A DNA stretch of 35,370 nt, taken from positions 1 through 35,370 of the IMG/VR virus record IMGVR_UViG_2778261448_000004; one strand, given 5' to 3'. Of the stretch, positions 1 through 9,260 are shown in pieces (the first letter of the stretch is position 1; every line of letters starts with the position of its first letter). The stretch is from a virus. Lineage: Duplodnaviria > Heunggongvirae > Uroviricota > Caudoviricetes. The notes under the pieces are model-generated. The model was given only the letters and a program-made list of their open reading frames with translations. It was not told the origin of the DNA and did no database searches. The position numbers and the translations under genes are program-made.

Positions 1-1242
1 ATCCACTGTCGCCACAAGGAAATTAACGCCATCCGGCACACTGCGGGAAGGAACTGGCTCTGCCCGCTGCTCAAGCAGTTCACTTTTTCGTTGCTCCATG
101 CTGGCGCGGGGAAGATAAGGTAATCCCCAGTCGGTATTGATAACCGTCTTGAGTGTTTCTTCACTTCCGGTTGTCTCGTATTCCTGTTCTGCAGTAAGCA
201 GTTTGTAAACGAGTTGCGAGAGTGTCTGGTAAGCAGCTGCCGGACCCTCCATCCAGAATGACGCAATACGTGAGCGTCGGGGATCACCATAACGACTGCC
301 ATCCGCATTGATGGATTCACCATCCCGCAACCAGACCCCACGTCCGTTCAGCTCACGTTTTTGTTCAGGCATAATCCGTCCTGAACAGGAAGGGCACTGA
401 ATATAAGCCGCCTCACTTGCCAGCACGGGATCGGCAATATCACGGAAACCAGCAACCACATCGCCGCAGGGCTGAAAATACTCACCACAGTGTGGACAGG
501 GCCAGTACCAGCGACGGCGATCACCACGGTTATAGAGCGACAGGATCCCCGTGGTTGGTGGAGCCTCATGCGGTGAAGTCCGTCGCCATTTCACATCCTT
601 CACATCCCTGCCGGGGGAACTCTCCACCAGCGTCATACCGCTGGACATAAATGTGGTGGTACGTTTTGAGGCAAGAGAGAAAGCATCCCCCTCGCCATCA
701 ATATCTTCCGGAAAACGGTCATAATCCGTCAGCGCGACGCATTTATAATCTGATGAGGACATGATATTGACTGACGGCCAGCCGATTTTCAGGTAGTTAC
801 CAGCAAGGAATGTTCTGTCATAAACGTTGTTGTCATTTTTGTTCGGACTCAGGCGACTGACCACTTCCGGGCTGACGCGAAACGTTCTGGCGAGTCGTTT
901 TTTGGAGTGTTCGCGGGCTTTTTCCTCCGTCATCTGAATGATCAGCATATCAGCAGGATCGCAAATCACGTTGTAAATCACCCAGCCGTCAATCAGGCCG
1001 ATAGTCTTGCCGGTTCGTGCCGGGCCAACAAATATCACTGCGTCGTATTCACGCGAGGCCAGGCAGTTCATCGGCTCAATAACATACGGTGCCACCAGCG
1101 GATCCCACGGGACTGAGTTCCCTGCCCCCATGGGCACCCGCATATACTGAGCAACGGCATCAGCAACCCGCATTCGTCTCGGTGCGCGAAGGATATAACC
1201 TGAATCGGTTCGTGCTGCCTTTGCGGTTTCCTGATTCAGCAT
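1..1242 (-). CDS. phage terminase large subunit (lambda gpA-like), N-terminal 414 codons; gene continues past window start
   Basis: Minus-strand frame open from ATG 1242..1240 to position 1 (absent from ORF track because no in-window stop). Translation MLNQETAKAARTDSGYILRAP... has Walker A VGPARTGKT and zinc-ribbon CPHCGEYF as in gpA-family terminases. GGAGGAG RBS; start overlaps stop of upstream small-subunit gene. Confidence 0.85.
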   Translation of the reverse strand, partial: MLNQETAKAARTDSGYILRAPRRMRVADAVAQYMRVPMGAGNSVPWDPLVAPYVIEPMNCLASREYDAVIFVGPARTGKTIGLIDGWVIYNVICDPADMLIIQMTEEKAREHSKKRLARTFRVSPEVVSRLSPNKNDNNVYDRTFLAGNYLKIGWPSVNIMSSSDYKCVALTDYDRFPEDIDGEGDAFSLASKRTTTFMSSGMTLVESSPGRDVKDVKWRRTSPHEAPPTTGILSLYNRGDRRRWYWPCPHCGEYFQPCGDVVAGFRDIADPVLASEAAYIQCPSCSGRIMPEQKRELNGRGVWLRDGESINADGSRYGDPRRSRIASFWMEGPAAAYQTLSQLVYKLLTAEQEYETTGSEETLKTVINTDWGLPYLPRASMEQRKSELLEQRAEPVPSRSVPDGVNFLVATVD

Positions 1243-1736
1243 TACTCCTCCTGCTGTAATTCCTCCTCATCATCCGCACCTGCTTCAGTCACCCGCAGGG
1301 CTATCTGATCGCGCAGATCATCAATAATGGACTGAACACGGCTCACAGCGGCAGGCTGCAGACCGCAGTCACGTTCAAGAATATCCGGTAATGTCTCCAG
1401 CACCTGCACGACCGCTTTTGCCCAGATGGCAAACTCCCGTCTGACATCACTGGCCGGAATGAGTTGTGCCGTTTCCTGTTCGAACTTAAGACGCTCACGT
1501 TCAGACTGATACCAGGCTTTGCGCTCATGCGCGTCCATTTCGCCTTCTGCAACCGGCGGTGGTAATGCCAGAAATGCCGACACAATATCAACCACCCGAT
1601 AAAGCTTGAGGTTGCTTTCATGCCCCCCTGCAACGGGTAGATTTTGCAGCCTTGCCGCAGCAGTCTGGCGATGTACACCTGACAGTGCCGCCAGTTGACT
1701 GATATTCAGCGTCAGATTTTTTAACTCTCGATCCAT
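1242..1736 (-). CDS. phage terminase small subunit (Nu1-like DNA-packaging protein)
   Basis: 164-aa ORF immediately upstream of and overlapping the large subunit; N-terminal HTH-like segment (LNISQLAALSGVHRQTAAARLQ); acidic C-terminus; ~170 bp downstream of the putative cos site. Confidence 0.7.
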   Translation of the reverse strand: MDRELKNLTLNISQLAALSGVHRQTAAARLQNLPVAGGHESNLKLYRVVDIVSAFLALPPPVAEGEMDAHERKAWYQSERERLKFEQETAQLIPASDVRREFAIWAKAVVQVLETLPDILERDCGLQPAAVSRVQSIIDDLRDQIALRVTEAGADDEEELQQEE

Positions 1737-1905
1737 ACCCGCTCCAGAATGTTTTAAACATGCATCTTGCGAACAACTTTAGGCAAACGGTGTTAGTGAT
1801 GAACAAAAAACAATCAAAATCGACACCACAAAAATAAAAACACTGTAATATCAATCTATTACAGTAGTGGTGATGACGAATGAAATTTCAAAAACTAGCC
1901 TTTTT

Positions 1906-1923
1906 CCGCGACGCTCCCGCCCC
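1906..1923 (-). other. candidate cos site (cosN-like) of the lambdoid phage
   Basis: Minus-strand sequence GGGGCGGGAGCGTCGCGG resembles lambda cosN GGGCGGCGACCTCGCGG; downstream minus-strand sequence shares TTCGTCAT and GTTTTTATTT blocks with the lambda cosB region; lies ~170-190 bp upstream of the small terminase start, as in lambda. Confidence 0.45.
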
Positions 1924-2054
1924 GTGGCAGGCCACCCCACCGGGAGGACCCGTCAGCCTGACAGCTCTGACGAACGTCTGATACAACGCCTTGCATGAAT
2001 GGCATCGGGATAATCCAGAAAGGCATAGCATCGTGCCCACAAGAATCTGTGTAA

Positions 2055-2270
2055 GTGTCCTGTTTCTTCCACCCCCGCACAGGACTGGCGAGCATGAGAG
2101 ACAAACCCGCGAACCATAAACGCGGTAAAAACCCGGTGTGCATCGTTTTTGATTATTCCCGCACACTCGCGCAGAAGGAGTTCCCCGTCGGGCTACGGTC
2201 TCTGTTAATACGGGAATACGGCGACGATACAGCGCATGATGTGTCAGGCTTGAATACCTTTATCCGTTAA
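2055..2270 (+). CDS. hypothetical small protein (71 aa) antisense to late genes
   Basis: ORF in track; followed ~50 bp downstream by a plus-strand hairpin plus short T-run (2319-2344). No recognisable motif. Confidence 0.25.
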   Translation: MSCFFHPRTGLASMRDKPANHKRGKNPVCIVFDYSRTLAQKEFPVGLRSLLIREYGDDTAHDVSGLNTFIR

Positions 2271-2318
2271 AAGGGATATCAGTTAAGCTATCCCGTGTAG
2301 GGTATAAGCCATTATCAA

Positions 2319-2344
2319 AGCCACTCTGTAGGGAGTGGCTTTTG
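2319..2344 (+). terminator. candidate intrinsic terminator
   Basis: Perfect 8-bp stem AGCCACTC / GAGTGGCT with 6-nt loop followed by TTTG; short U-tract so weak. Confidence 0.35.
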
Positions 2345-2551
2345 TAATGGCAATAAAAAGCCCCGCGAATGCGAGGCTAAATCCTGGTATTTGTAATGAC
2401 TGGCTCTTATCTCAACGCAGCCCCTTACCGCGCGCAAGATGCTCAATATCAAGCATCAGCAATGAGATGTTTAATCTGGATTCACTCCAGAAGTGATCAC
2501 CATCCTGTCTACAGAGCCAGATGTGAAGGATGATGAGTAAAATTATCGCTA

Positions 2552-3019
2552 TCATCGAAGGCATTGCGTCCTGATGTATTCCTGAAGCGTTCTCAGTGCT
2601 GTTTGGTCGCGGATAATTCCGTCCCGGATACCGAGAACGTTTCGTCCAGCAACTGGAGAGAGTTCGACGGTGGCATCATTGCCCATGCCGGAGGCGCTGG
2701 AGGTTTCGGCTGAGGATGGCACAGGGCATTTTCCTTTGACGAACACCCGACCACCATTATCAAGCTTGCGCCGAAGAGCATCATTTTCAGCTTTCGCATC
2801 AGCTAACTCCTTCGTGTATTTAGCATCGAGTGCATCAGCAGAACGCTGGCGCTGCTGCATGTCAGTAATGGTGGCGGTCGCCTGCTTCAGCTCACTGACT
2901 TTTTTATCTCGCTGTTCTTTGTAGGCGATGGCGTTATCACGGTAATGATTGACCGCCCACGACAGGCAGACGATGATGCAGATAACCAGAGCGGAGATAA
3001 TCGCGGTTACTCTGCTCAT
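2552..3019 (-). CDS. Rz: i-spanin Rz
   Basis: Translation [31 protein letters not shown]... is near-identical at the N-terminus to lambda Rz; ATG at 3019 overlaps the endolysin stop (ATGA). The track ORF begins 4 codons upstream at a GTG. Confidence 0.9.
   Translation of the reverse strand: MSRVTAIISALVICIIVCLSWAVNHYRDNAIAYKEQRDKKVSELKQATATITDMQQRQRSADALDAKYTKELADAKAENDALRRKLDNGGRVFVKGKCPVPSSAETSSASGMGNDATVELSPVAGRNVLGIRDGIIRDQTALRTLQEYIRTQCLR
2593..2799 (-). CDS. Rz1: o-spanin Rz1 (lipoprotein), embedded in the +1 frame of Rz
   Basis: 68-aa ORF fully inside Rz; [21 protein letters not shown] has a lipobox (VVGC) and a proline-rich stretch [11 protein letters not shown] like lambda Rz1. Confidence 0.8.
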   Translation of the reverse strand: MRKLKMMLFGASLIMVVGCSSKENALCHPQPKPPAPPAWAMMPPSNSLQLLDETFSVSGTELSATKQH

Positions 3020-3513
3020 TGTTGCCCCCACAAACAGACTTCACGCTCAATCTCACGACGAGTCATCAGGCCTTTCCATTGCTTACCGCCAGCGTATATC
3101 CAGCGACGTAGCTGGTCACATGCGCCTTTGATATCGCCCTGGTTTATTTTGCGAAGAAGCGTCGATGTTCTGAAATTACCAGCACCCACGTTGTAGACGA
3201 ACGAGTAAAGAGCGCCGCGCGTTGTTTCCGGTATATCGACTTTGATGTACGGGTTAATTTGTCTGGCAACCGTGGCAAGGTCTTTATTCAGGAGGGCTTT
3301 GCATTCTGCTTCGGTATACGTTTTACCGAGCATGATGTCTTTTCCGGTGTGTCCGTGACATACAGTCCATACGCCAACGATATCTTTGTATGGTATGTAG
3401 CTGACACCTTCCAGGCCATCGTCACCACTTGGGCCAGTGATTAACACTGATGCTATAGCAATTGCTCCGCCACCAATAGCAGCAGCAACTGCTTTTCGTA
3501 ATGATGGAGGCAT
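3016..3513 (-). CDS. R: SAR endolysin (phage lysozyme R, P21-type)
   Basis: 165 aa; N-terminal Gly/Ala-rich signal-arrest-release segment [20 protein letters not shown] followed by a lysozyme core ([19 protein letters not shown]); matches P21 R by recollection. Confidence 0.9.
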   Translation of the reverse strand: MPPSLRKAVAAAIGGGAIAIASVLITGPSGDDGLEGVSYIPYKDIVGVWTVCHGHTGKDIMLGKTYTEAECKALLNKDLATVARQINPYIKVDIPETTRGALYSFVYNVGAGNFRTSTLLRKINQGDIKGACDQLRRWIYAGGKQWKGLMTRREIEREVCLWGQQ

Positions 3514-3728
3514 TATTCACCTCTCGCAGCCTTGCGCTTATCTTCTTTAATCTTGAAATAAAGGTTTGTCAGGTACGTCAGCAGGCCAAATACCAGACTA
3601 CCCAGCACACCTATTGCCGCCCACTGTGAGGGCGTGACTTTATCGAGCAACTGTAAAAACCAGTACCCGGCACTACCTGCTGAGGTGCCATAGGCGACAC
3701 CCGTTGTTAACTTATCCATGGATTTCAT
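3513..3728 (-). CDS. S: pinholin S (class II holin, P21 S-type) with dual-start motif
   Basis: [28 protein letters not shown]...: two TM segments; Met1/Met4 dual start typical of S21 holin/antiholin; GAGGTGG RBS before ATG at 3728. Track ORF (92 aa) extends upstream; shorter start preferred. Confidence 0.85.
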
Positions 3729-3795
3729 AACCCCACCTCGCAGATGCGGGTGCTGTGTAATGGAAATAAAAAGGCCACCTGACGTGGCCACCAGA

Positions 3796-4848
3796 TTATT
3801 TCCCCACCAGCTCGTTTATCTCTTTCACTGTCTGGTTAAACCGCTCTGACTCAAGCTCAACACCTAAGGCCCGACGCCCCAGCGCCATTGCTGCTTTTAT
3901 TGTGGAACCGGATCCCATAAAAAAATCAGCAACCAGATCACTAGGTCGACTACTGGCATTGATTATTTGCCTGAGCATATCCGCCGGTTTCTCACACGGA
4001 TGTTTACCCGGGTAGAACTGAACGGGTTTATGCATCCAGACATCGGTATAAGGCACGGAGACTGATACGGAGAAATAGCGCCGGAGAGATTTAAACTCAT
4101 CCAGCAATTCAGAATATTTGCGATTCAGTGAATCATAAGATGCCACCAGCTGGTGGTGTGGTTGTTCCAGTTGTTGTTCCTGAAACTTCTCTGCCGCTAT
4201 ACGGGAAAACAGTGCCTGTAACTTCCGATAGTCAGCCTCATTCGGCAACTGCCACTGACTGGCACCAAACCAGTGGGAAACCATATTTTTCTTACCTGTG
4301 GCTTCGGCAATTTGTTTTGCCGTTATACCCAGTTCGGCACGAGCATCCCTGAAATACGATATCAGCGGTGCCATTATGTGCTGTTTGAGTTCCCTTTCTT
4401 TTGCCGCATAGCAGTCACTTTTGCCGCGATATGGCCCCTGGTAATGTTCAGCAAACAGAACGCGCTCTGTGGCAGGAAAATATGCGCGCAGACTTTCTTT
4501 ATTACACCCATTCCAACGTCCGGACGGCTTCGCCCAGATGATATGGTTAAGCACGTTGAAACGTTCACGCATCATGATCTCAATATCAGATGCCAGGCGA
4601 TGCCCACAGAACAGGTAAAGGCTTCCGGCAGGCTTTAACACCCGCCAGAACTGGGCCAGACAGTGGTCCAGCCACTTAAGGTAATCTTCGTCCCCTTTCC
4701 ACTGATTGTCCCAGCCGTTGGGTTTCACCTTGAAGTACGGCGGATCGGTAACAATCAGGTCAATGGAATCATCAGGCAGGGACTGAATAAAATGCAGGCA
4801 ATCAGCGTTGATTAAATCAACACTGTTTATTTTTACAGTATTTTTCAT
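3796..4848 (-). CDS. DNA methyltransferase, N6-adenine/N4-cytosine family (beta class), orphan
   Basis: 350 aa; N-terminal catalytic motif IV DPPY (LIVTDPPYF); C-terminal AdoMet motif I FFMGSGST. No adjacent restriction endonuclease gene. Confidence 0.85.
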
Positions 4849-4998
4849 GGATCAGTAAGCGTAACTCTGGTAGGCTCACTCTGCTTTTGCGCTAAAGCAG
4901 TGGGCCGTGGTTCGCTTGTGACCAGTAAGCATGAGCGAATGGCTGGCAGGTGCTACCAACACCCACCAGCCGCCCATTTTCACAGCAGGAAACCGCCA

Positions 4999-5226
4999 TT
5001 ACTGGCAGCGTCTGAATTTATTCCCGTACCCGCCGTTATCCTTCGCCAGACCCGCCAGAACTAACTGAGTCAGTATTAACTGGCACCGGGCTTCGCTTAC
5101 TCCGGTAGTTCTCGTCATCATGCGTGGCGTTACCCACTTGTCAGCAGGTAAGAAATGAAGGACTGCGGCGGCGGTTTCTGTCATATCTTGCTGTTTTAGC
5201 ATGTCTTTTTCCCTTCTGGTTAACAT
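4999..5226 (-). CDS. hypothetical protein (75 aa)
   Basis: ATG start at 5226, same orientation as the late genes; weak RBS; no recognisable motif. Confidence 0.35.
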   Translation of the reverse strand: MLTRREKDMLKQQDMTETAAAVLHFLPADKWVTPRMMTRTTGVSEARCQLILTQLVLAGLAKDNGGYGNKFRRCQ

Positions 5227-5324
5227 GACATACCAATAACTCTTGTCTAAAAAGCCAGCAAGATAAAAAGTCAGTATTCACGACCACCAGCGTGTTTACT
5301 GTACTGCACCAGGTTTACAGGTAC

Positions 5325-5345
5325 AAAAAAACCGCTCAGCGGCGG
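5325..5345 (-). terminator. candidate terminator (possible tR' of the late operon)
   Basis: Minus strand: CCGC-CGCTGA-GCGG hairpin followed by TTTTTTT. Only a 4-bp GC stem, so weak; position upstream of the late genes is consistent with a Q-antiterminated terminator. Confidence 0.3.
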
Positions 5346-5462
5346 GTTTAAGTTGTGTGGCGAAGTAACCACTCTTAACACGATACAATAGTTTTTGCGT
5401 ACGCGTTAGTGGTTATGTAAACTTTCTCCATATAAAAACAGCAAAGAAGCGGATATTTTGAA

Positions 5463-6491
5463 ATGGCTACACTGGACGCATTCAGTAGAGTAATAACTCA
5501 TCATACTATTACGATCGATACACAATACCGTACACAGAAAATTGATGATAGCATCAGATCGAACTGTGTTTGCCCGGTACCAACAATGCGTGAACTTGCT
5601 TCTAAAATAGTACGTTGTAAAGCAATGATGCACAGTTATGAAAAAGGAGACTTAGTTTTAACTTTGCAAGATGTAATCTTCTTATCAAACAGAGCCGATA
5701 AAAAACCCAGCCATCTTGGTCTTTTAATTAATGCTGTAGATAAAAATGGAAGCACTACTGTGTTAAAAAACATTAATACAGATGTTCGTACCGAAATATC
5801 ACCAAAACATGAGGAAGGTGAAGGTTACGAAGTTTCTTCTCATATGATTATTTCTCTAGACGGAAATATGCGAACCTATGACATGAGTTTTATGCCAATA
5901 CCAGGAGTTTCCACAGCAAAAATAAATGGTTTCCTGAATAAAGTTCTCTTTAACGTAGCCAAAGATAATGAAGATATCTTTTCATGTAACACTTTAACAA
6001 ATGAAGTATCAAGTTTAACAAAGAAAAAAATAAAAGTATTATACAAGCCAGTCTTTGATATATCTGGAAAGTTAGATGAAGATTTGTTCAATAAAATAAA
6101 TAAAGAAGGACTTTCTGATGTCGTTTTGGTAAAGAATGAATACAGAACTATTAATGCGCCAGATGTTAACGCGGCTATTATTCCTAAAGAAAGTACTTTA
6201 CGCTTAGTACCAAACCATGGCCCCAACAATGTCCTTGGATGGATAAAATCTGTCTCAAACTTCTTTAAAGAAGATAAAAATGGAGGTTATGACTTAATAA
6301 AAATAAAATTCAAAGAGCCAGAGACAGGATTCACAAGACAAGTTGACCTTCAAACTTCAAATGTAAGGCTCGATGGGCTGGAAAAAACATTTATCAAAAA
6401 GAGTGTAATAAATGGTTTTTCTTCGCGCTTAAAGGATTCTTATGATAGTATTAACATGGAGTTTGTGAATAAGATTATCGAGGTCATGTGA
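5463..6491 (+). CDS. hypothetical protein (342 aa), Lys/Asn-rich, soluble; first gene of low-GC antisense cassette
   Basis: ATG start; AT-rich codon usage unlike flanking phage genes; no recognisable catalytic motif; stop 7 bp before the next gene's start. Confidence 0.75.
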   Translation: MATLDAFSRVITHHTITIDTQYRTQKIDDSIRSNCVCPVPTMRELASKIVRCKAMMHSYEKGDLVLTLQDVIFLSNRADKKPSHLGLLINAVDKNGSTTVLKNINTDVRTEISPKHEEGEGYEVSSHMIISLDGNMRTYDMSFMPIPGVSTAKINGFLNKVLFNVAKDNEDIFSCNTLTNEVSSLTKKKIKVLYKPVFDISGKLDEDLFNKINKEGLSDVVLVKNEYRTINAPDVNAAIIPKESTLRLVPNHGPNNVLGWIKSVSNFFKEDKNGGYDLIKIKFKEPETGFTRQVDLQTSNVRLDGLEKTFIKKSVINGFSSRLKDSYDSINMEFVNKIIEVM

Positions 6492-6498
6492 GGCTAAT

Positions 6499-7074
6499 AT
6501 GATTAGTATATTTTCACATTTATTTAGACCGTTTGGTTACCTTTTCATTAAGGGAATTAGTGGTAAGTGCGCATACGATTTTTATGCACCTGCCGGGCTT
6601 GCTGTGATTTCTTTTTTTTACTTTTATTTATTTAAAATACCCACATCAGACCTACTAAAAGATGGCGGCTTTATTAAGTCTATATCTGGATTTGTATCAA
6701 ATCTGCCAGGTTTTTATATAGCAGCTCTTGCAGCAATAGCCACTTTCAACAGAGAACAAATTGACTACCCTCTGATAGGAACTAATGGCACGCCTTTTAT
6801 TAAAATTACACGAACAAAAGAAAATGGTAGAATTGTTGACACTCAAGAGAAACTTACCAGAAGATTATTTCTGTGCATGTTATTTTCATTTTTAACTGCC
6901 CTCAGCATATGCATAGTGATTTTCAACGCTTTTATCACACCACTAATAAACATACTGAATAATGATATAGCAAACTGGTGCTATATCATTATCTTTTTAT
7001 TCCTTACATGGCAAATGCTTGTTTCAACATTTTTTGGACTATACTATCTTGGTGATAGGATTCACATTAATTAA
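6499..7074 (+). CDS. hypothetical integral membrane protein (191 aa, ~4 predicted TM helices)
   Basis: GAGG RBS 5-8 nt upstream; hydrophobic segments LAVISFFYFYLF, GFYIAALAAIATF, LFLCMLFSFLTALSICIVIFNAFI, WCYIIIFLFLTWQMLVSTFFGLYYL; convergent with and slightly overlapping Q. Confidence 0.75.
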   Translation: MISIFSHLFRPFGYLFIKGISGKCAYDFYAPAGLAVISFFYFYLFKIPTSDLLKDGGFIKSISGFVSNLPGFYIAALAAIATFNREQIDYPLIGTNGTPFIKITRTKENGRIVDTQEKLTRRLFLCMLFSFLTALSICIVIFNAFITPLINILNNDIANWCYIIIFLFLTWQMLVSTFFGLYYLGDRIHIN

Positions 7075-7444
7075 CTACCATAATGGGGTTTATAGTTATT
7101 ATTACACCGCTGATAAACCCCATGGCAGTCTGCAATTCCTTCCTAATTGTGCCATCTGAACATCTTCTCTTCTTGGCAATAGTGCGTAATGAGATACCAA
7201 TAACAAAGTGAGCTATGATCAGCTCATATTCCTCTGGTTTATACTTTCGCAACCGAGCCACACAACCGTCTATCATGATGCCTTCATCATCATCACACTG
7301 GAGACGTGACTTTTTACCGTGTGGTAAAAGTCCCTTGAAACCAGCCGCTATCGGCTGCCAGTCCACACCACTATTTTCTGCTGCAGCCCATGCTCCCCAG
7401 CGGTCCAATACTTCATACATATCACGCATCAACTTTCTCCACAA
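7067..7444 (-). CDS. late-gene antiterminator Q (small Phage_antitermQ type)
   Basis: 125 aa; DRWGAWAA...GVDWQPIAAGFKGLL and C-terminal HTH-like region ISLRTIAKKRRCSDGTIRKEL resemble small Q antiterminators of E. coli lambdoid prophages; sits at the end of the early operon. Confidence 0.7.
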   Translation of the reverse strand: MWRKLMRDMYEVLDRWGAWAAAENSGVDWQPIAAGFKGLLPHGKKSRLQCDDDEGIMIDGCVARLRKYKPEEYELIIAHFVIGISLRTIAKKRRCSDGTIRKELQTAMGFISGVIITINPIMVVN

Positions 7445-7446
7445 AA

Positions 7447-8442
7447 TCAGGCCAGCACGCCAATTGCCAGCGCACGATCGATAAAACGAAATATCAGCTC
7501 CAGCTGGGAGCCATACTTCTCTTCAAATGCCACGGTATCCGCATGCAGCTCGTCGTGATGCTTTCTGCACAAAGGCAACACAAAGAGGTCATGCGCTTTT
7601 GTTCCCATTCCACCCTGACCGTGACCTATCAGGTGGTGGGGATCATCAGCGGGCTTTCCACAACATGCACACGGCTGTGTCTTAACCCAGCGCGTGTACT
7701 TTTCATTAACCCAGCGGCGACGTTTTGGGCGTAACATAAAAGACTCCGGCGACTCCGGATCCACTTTCAGCGCCAGCACCTTTTTCGCTTTATCCTGGAT
7801 GATACTGGTGGCAGGAACCGAAGGCACAAGGTCACTTTCCCGGGTGACAGACGGCACAACAGGCTTCGGTAATCTCAGTGCCTTACGGGCTGCACTTTCC
7901 GGTAAGGCATCCGCCAGGTCATTACGAACCAGCCACCAGCACAGTTCCGGCATTGTCACAACGTGACTGTCATCAAAACCGAGATCCCGACGCACGACAG
8001 ACAACACCCAGCGGGCACAGTTATCCGTTGCCATTGATTCCAGCCGTTCCGTGAATTGATCGCGCAGCTGGTTATCGCAGTGCCAGCACAGACGGATTGC
8101 GCCCGGAGCATGTCGCATTGTGGTCATGTTCTCGCTGTGCCAGTCGGAATGAGGCCACTGACAGCCTTTTTCACGAAGTAACCAGCTTTCAAGACATTCC
8201 ACGCCACCAGCACGACGGATCACTGCCTCATTACGGAACACGGCCCGAACGGCAGGATCATCCGCCAGTGGTTGTGATGCCGCCGGAACGGCACCACTGG
8301 CAAAAGATGAATAACGTTCCGGCTCAGGCTCCAGCAGGACACGCCCCTGCATAAACAGGGGCATCAGCTCTGAACCAGGCCTGAACAATACGATCCCCAT
8401 ACGCGGGGCAATTTCAGGGGTCAGTAGTGCTCTCACGATCAC
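7447..8442 (-). CDS. DUF968-family phage protein with C-terminal HNH-like Cys/His motif
   Basis: 331 aa; C-terminal CACCGKPADDPHHLIGHGQGG...LCRKHHDELH; typical nin-region gene of lambdoid prophages. Confidence 0.7.
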   Translation of the reverse strand: MIVRALLTPEIAPRMGIVLFRPGSELMPLFMQGRVLLEPEPERYSSFASGAVPAASQPLADDPAVRAVFRNEAVIRRAGGVECLESWLLREKGCQWPHSDWHSENMTTMRHAPGAIRLCWHCDNQLRDQFTERLESMATDNCARWVLSVVRRDLGFDDSHVVTMPELCWWLVRNDLADALPESAARKALRLPKPVVPSVTRESDLVPSVPATSIIQDKAKKVLALKVDPESPESFMLRPKRRRWVNEKYTRWVKTQPCACCGKPADDPHHLIGHGQGGMGTKAHDLFVLPLCRKHHDELHADTVAFEEKYGSQLELIFRFIDRALAIGVLA

Positions 8443-8443
8443 C

Positions 8444-9241
8444 TCAATGAACGGTATCGAGCAGCTTTAACAGCTCAGGGAATCGGGATTCGAAGAAATG
8501 CGGCTGCGTCTCGCGCGGATTTGCAGGACTGGTGATGTTCTTGCCGAACATGCAGCCTTTCGCCGTCAGCGACCAGAATTTTTTGATGTTGTTAATCGCG
8601 GTACGGCTGTATCGTTCGCGTTGTTCAACGATCCCCAGCTTCACCATCTGGTGATATGCCTGATTAGCCGTCAGGCGGATACCATACTGTTTCAGCAGTG
8701 CACTCAGTGACAGCGTGGGACGGCTTGAGCCATCAGTCGCGTCAGCAGGAGCATCAATGGCATAGCGCGGTGCCAGATTCGGTAAGCCAACAGCCTCCTG
8801 GAGTTTCTGACAGGCACCAAGCACTGAAGAGTTAGACAGGTTTAATTCCCGGCGCATAAAGTCCAGCAGAATCACGCCAGCCTGCATCTTGTCAGCAGCC
8901 TGTCCGGATAATTTTTCCGGTGCGCTGGTTACCATGTCGAAAGTACGGATCACCTTCAGATGGAATGACGGGCTGATCCACATTGCATAGGCATACACCA
9001 GTTCTTTGCAGACATACGTCCCCTGGTTATTTCCGCCACGAATAACGTTAACTGGCTCTATATTGACCGAGTTGCAAATCTGCAACTCGCTTATTAAACG
9101 TTCAGTTTGCTCATTGCGGAGCCAGAATGCAGGCTTATGCTTATCCAGAGAACCGGCAGCCCTGTGCAGATCGTTCAGGCTGTAACGCCCATAAGCATCA
9201 CGACGAACTTCAATACCATCAATGACCATCAGATTATTCAT
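8444..9241 (-). CDS. KilA-N domain protein (antirepressor-like)
   Basis: 265 aa; N-terminal IDGIEVRRDAYGRYSLNDLHRAAG...GTYVCKELVYAYAMWISPSFHLKV matches the KilA-N DNA-binding domain pattern. Confidence 0.75.
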   Translation of the reverse strand: MNNLMVIDGIEVRRDAYGRYSLNDLHRAAGSLDKHKPAFWLRNEQTERLISELQICNSVNIEPVNVIRGGNNQGTYVCKELVYAYAMWISPSFHLKVIRTFDMVTSAPEKLSGQAADKMQAGVILLDFMRRELNLSNSSVLGACQKLQEAVGLPNLAPRYAIDAPADATDGSSRPTLSLSALLKQYGIRLTANQAYHQMVKLGIVEQRERYSRTAINNIKKFWSLTAKGCMFGKNITSPANPRETQPHFFESRFPELLKLLDTVH

Positions 9242-9260
9242 ACTTCGTTTCTCCTCTTAA

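Noticed and set aside
348-1116. Track ORFs 348..569(-), 417..650(+), 907..1116(+) inside the terminase large-subunit region
   Set aside because: They lie in alternative frames or the opposite strand of a long open frame with clear terminase motifs; no RBS or meaningful composition.
1343-1854. ORFs 1343..1678(-) and 1618..1854(-) overlapping the small terminase gene and the cos region
   Set aside because: Out-of-frame overlaps with a well-supported gene; 1618..1854 would cross the cos/cosB region.
4849-5462. tRNA genes between Q and the lysis genes (as in some Stx phages)
   Set aside because: No cloverleaf-compatible sequence or T-loop GTTCGA/GGTTCRA motif found by eye in this interval; only short hairpins.
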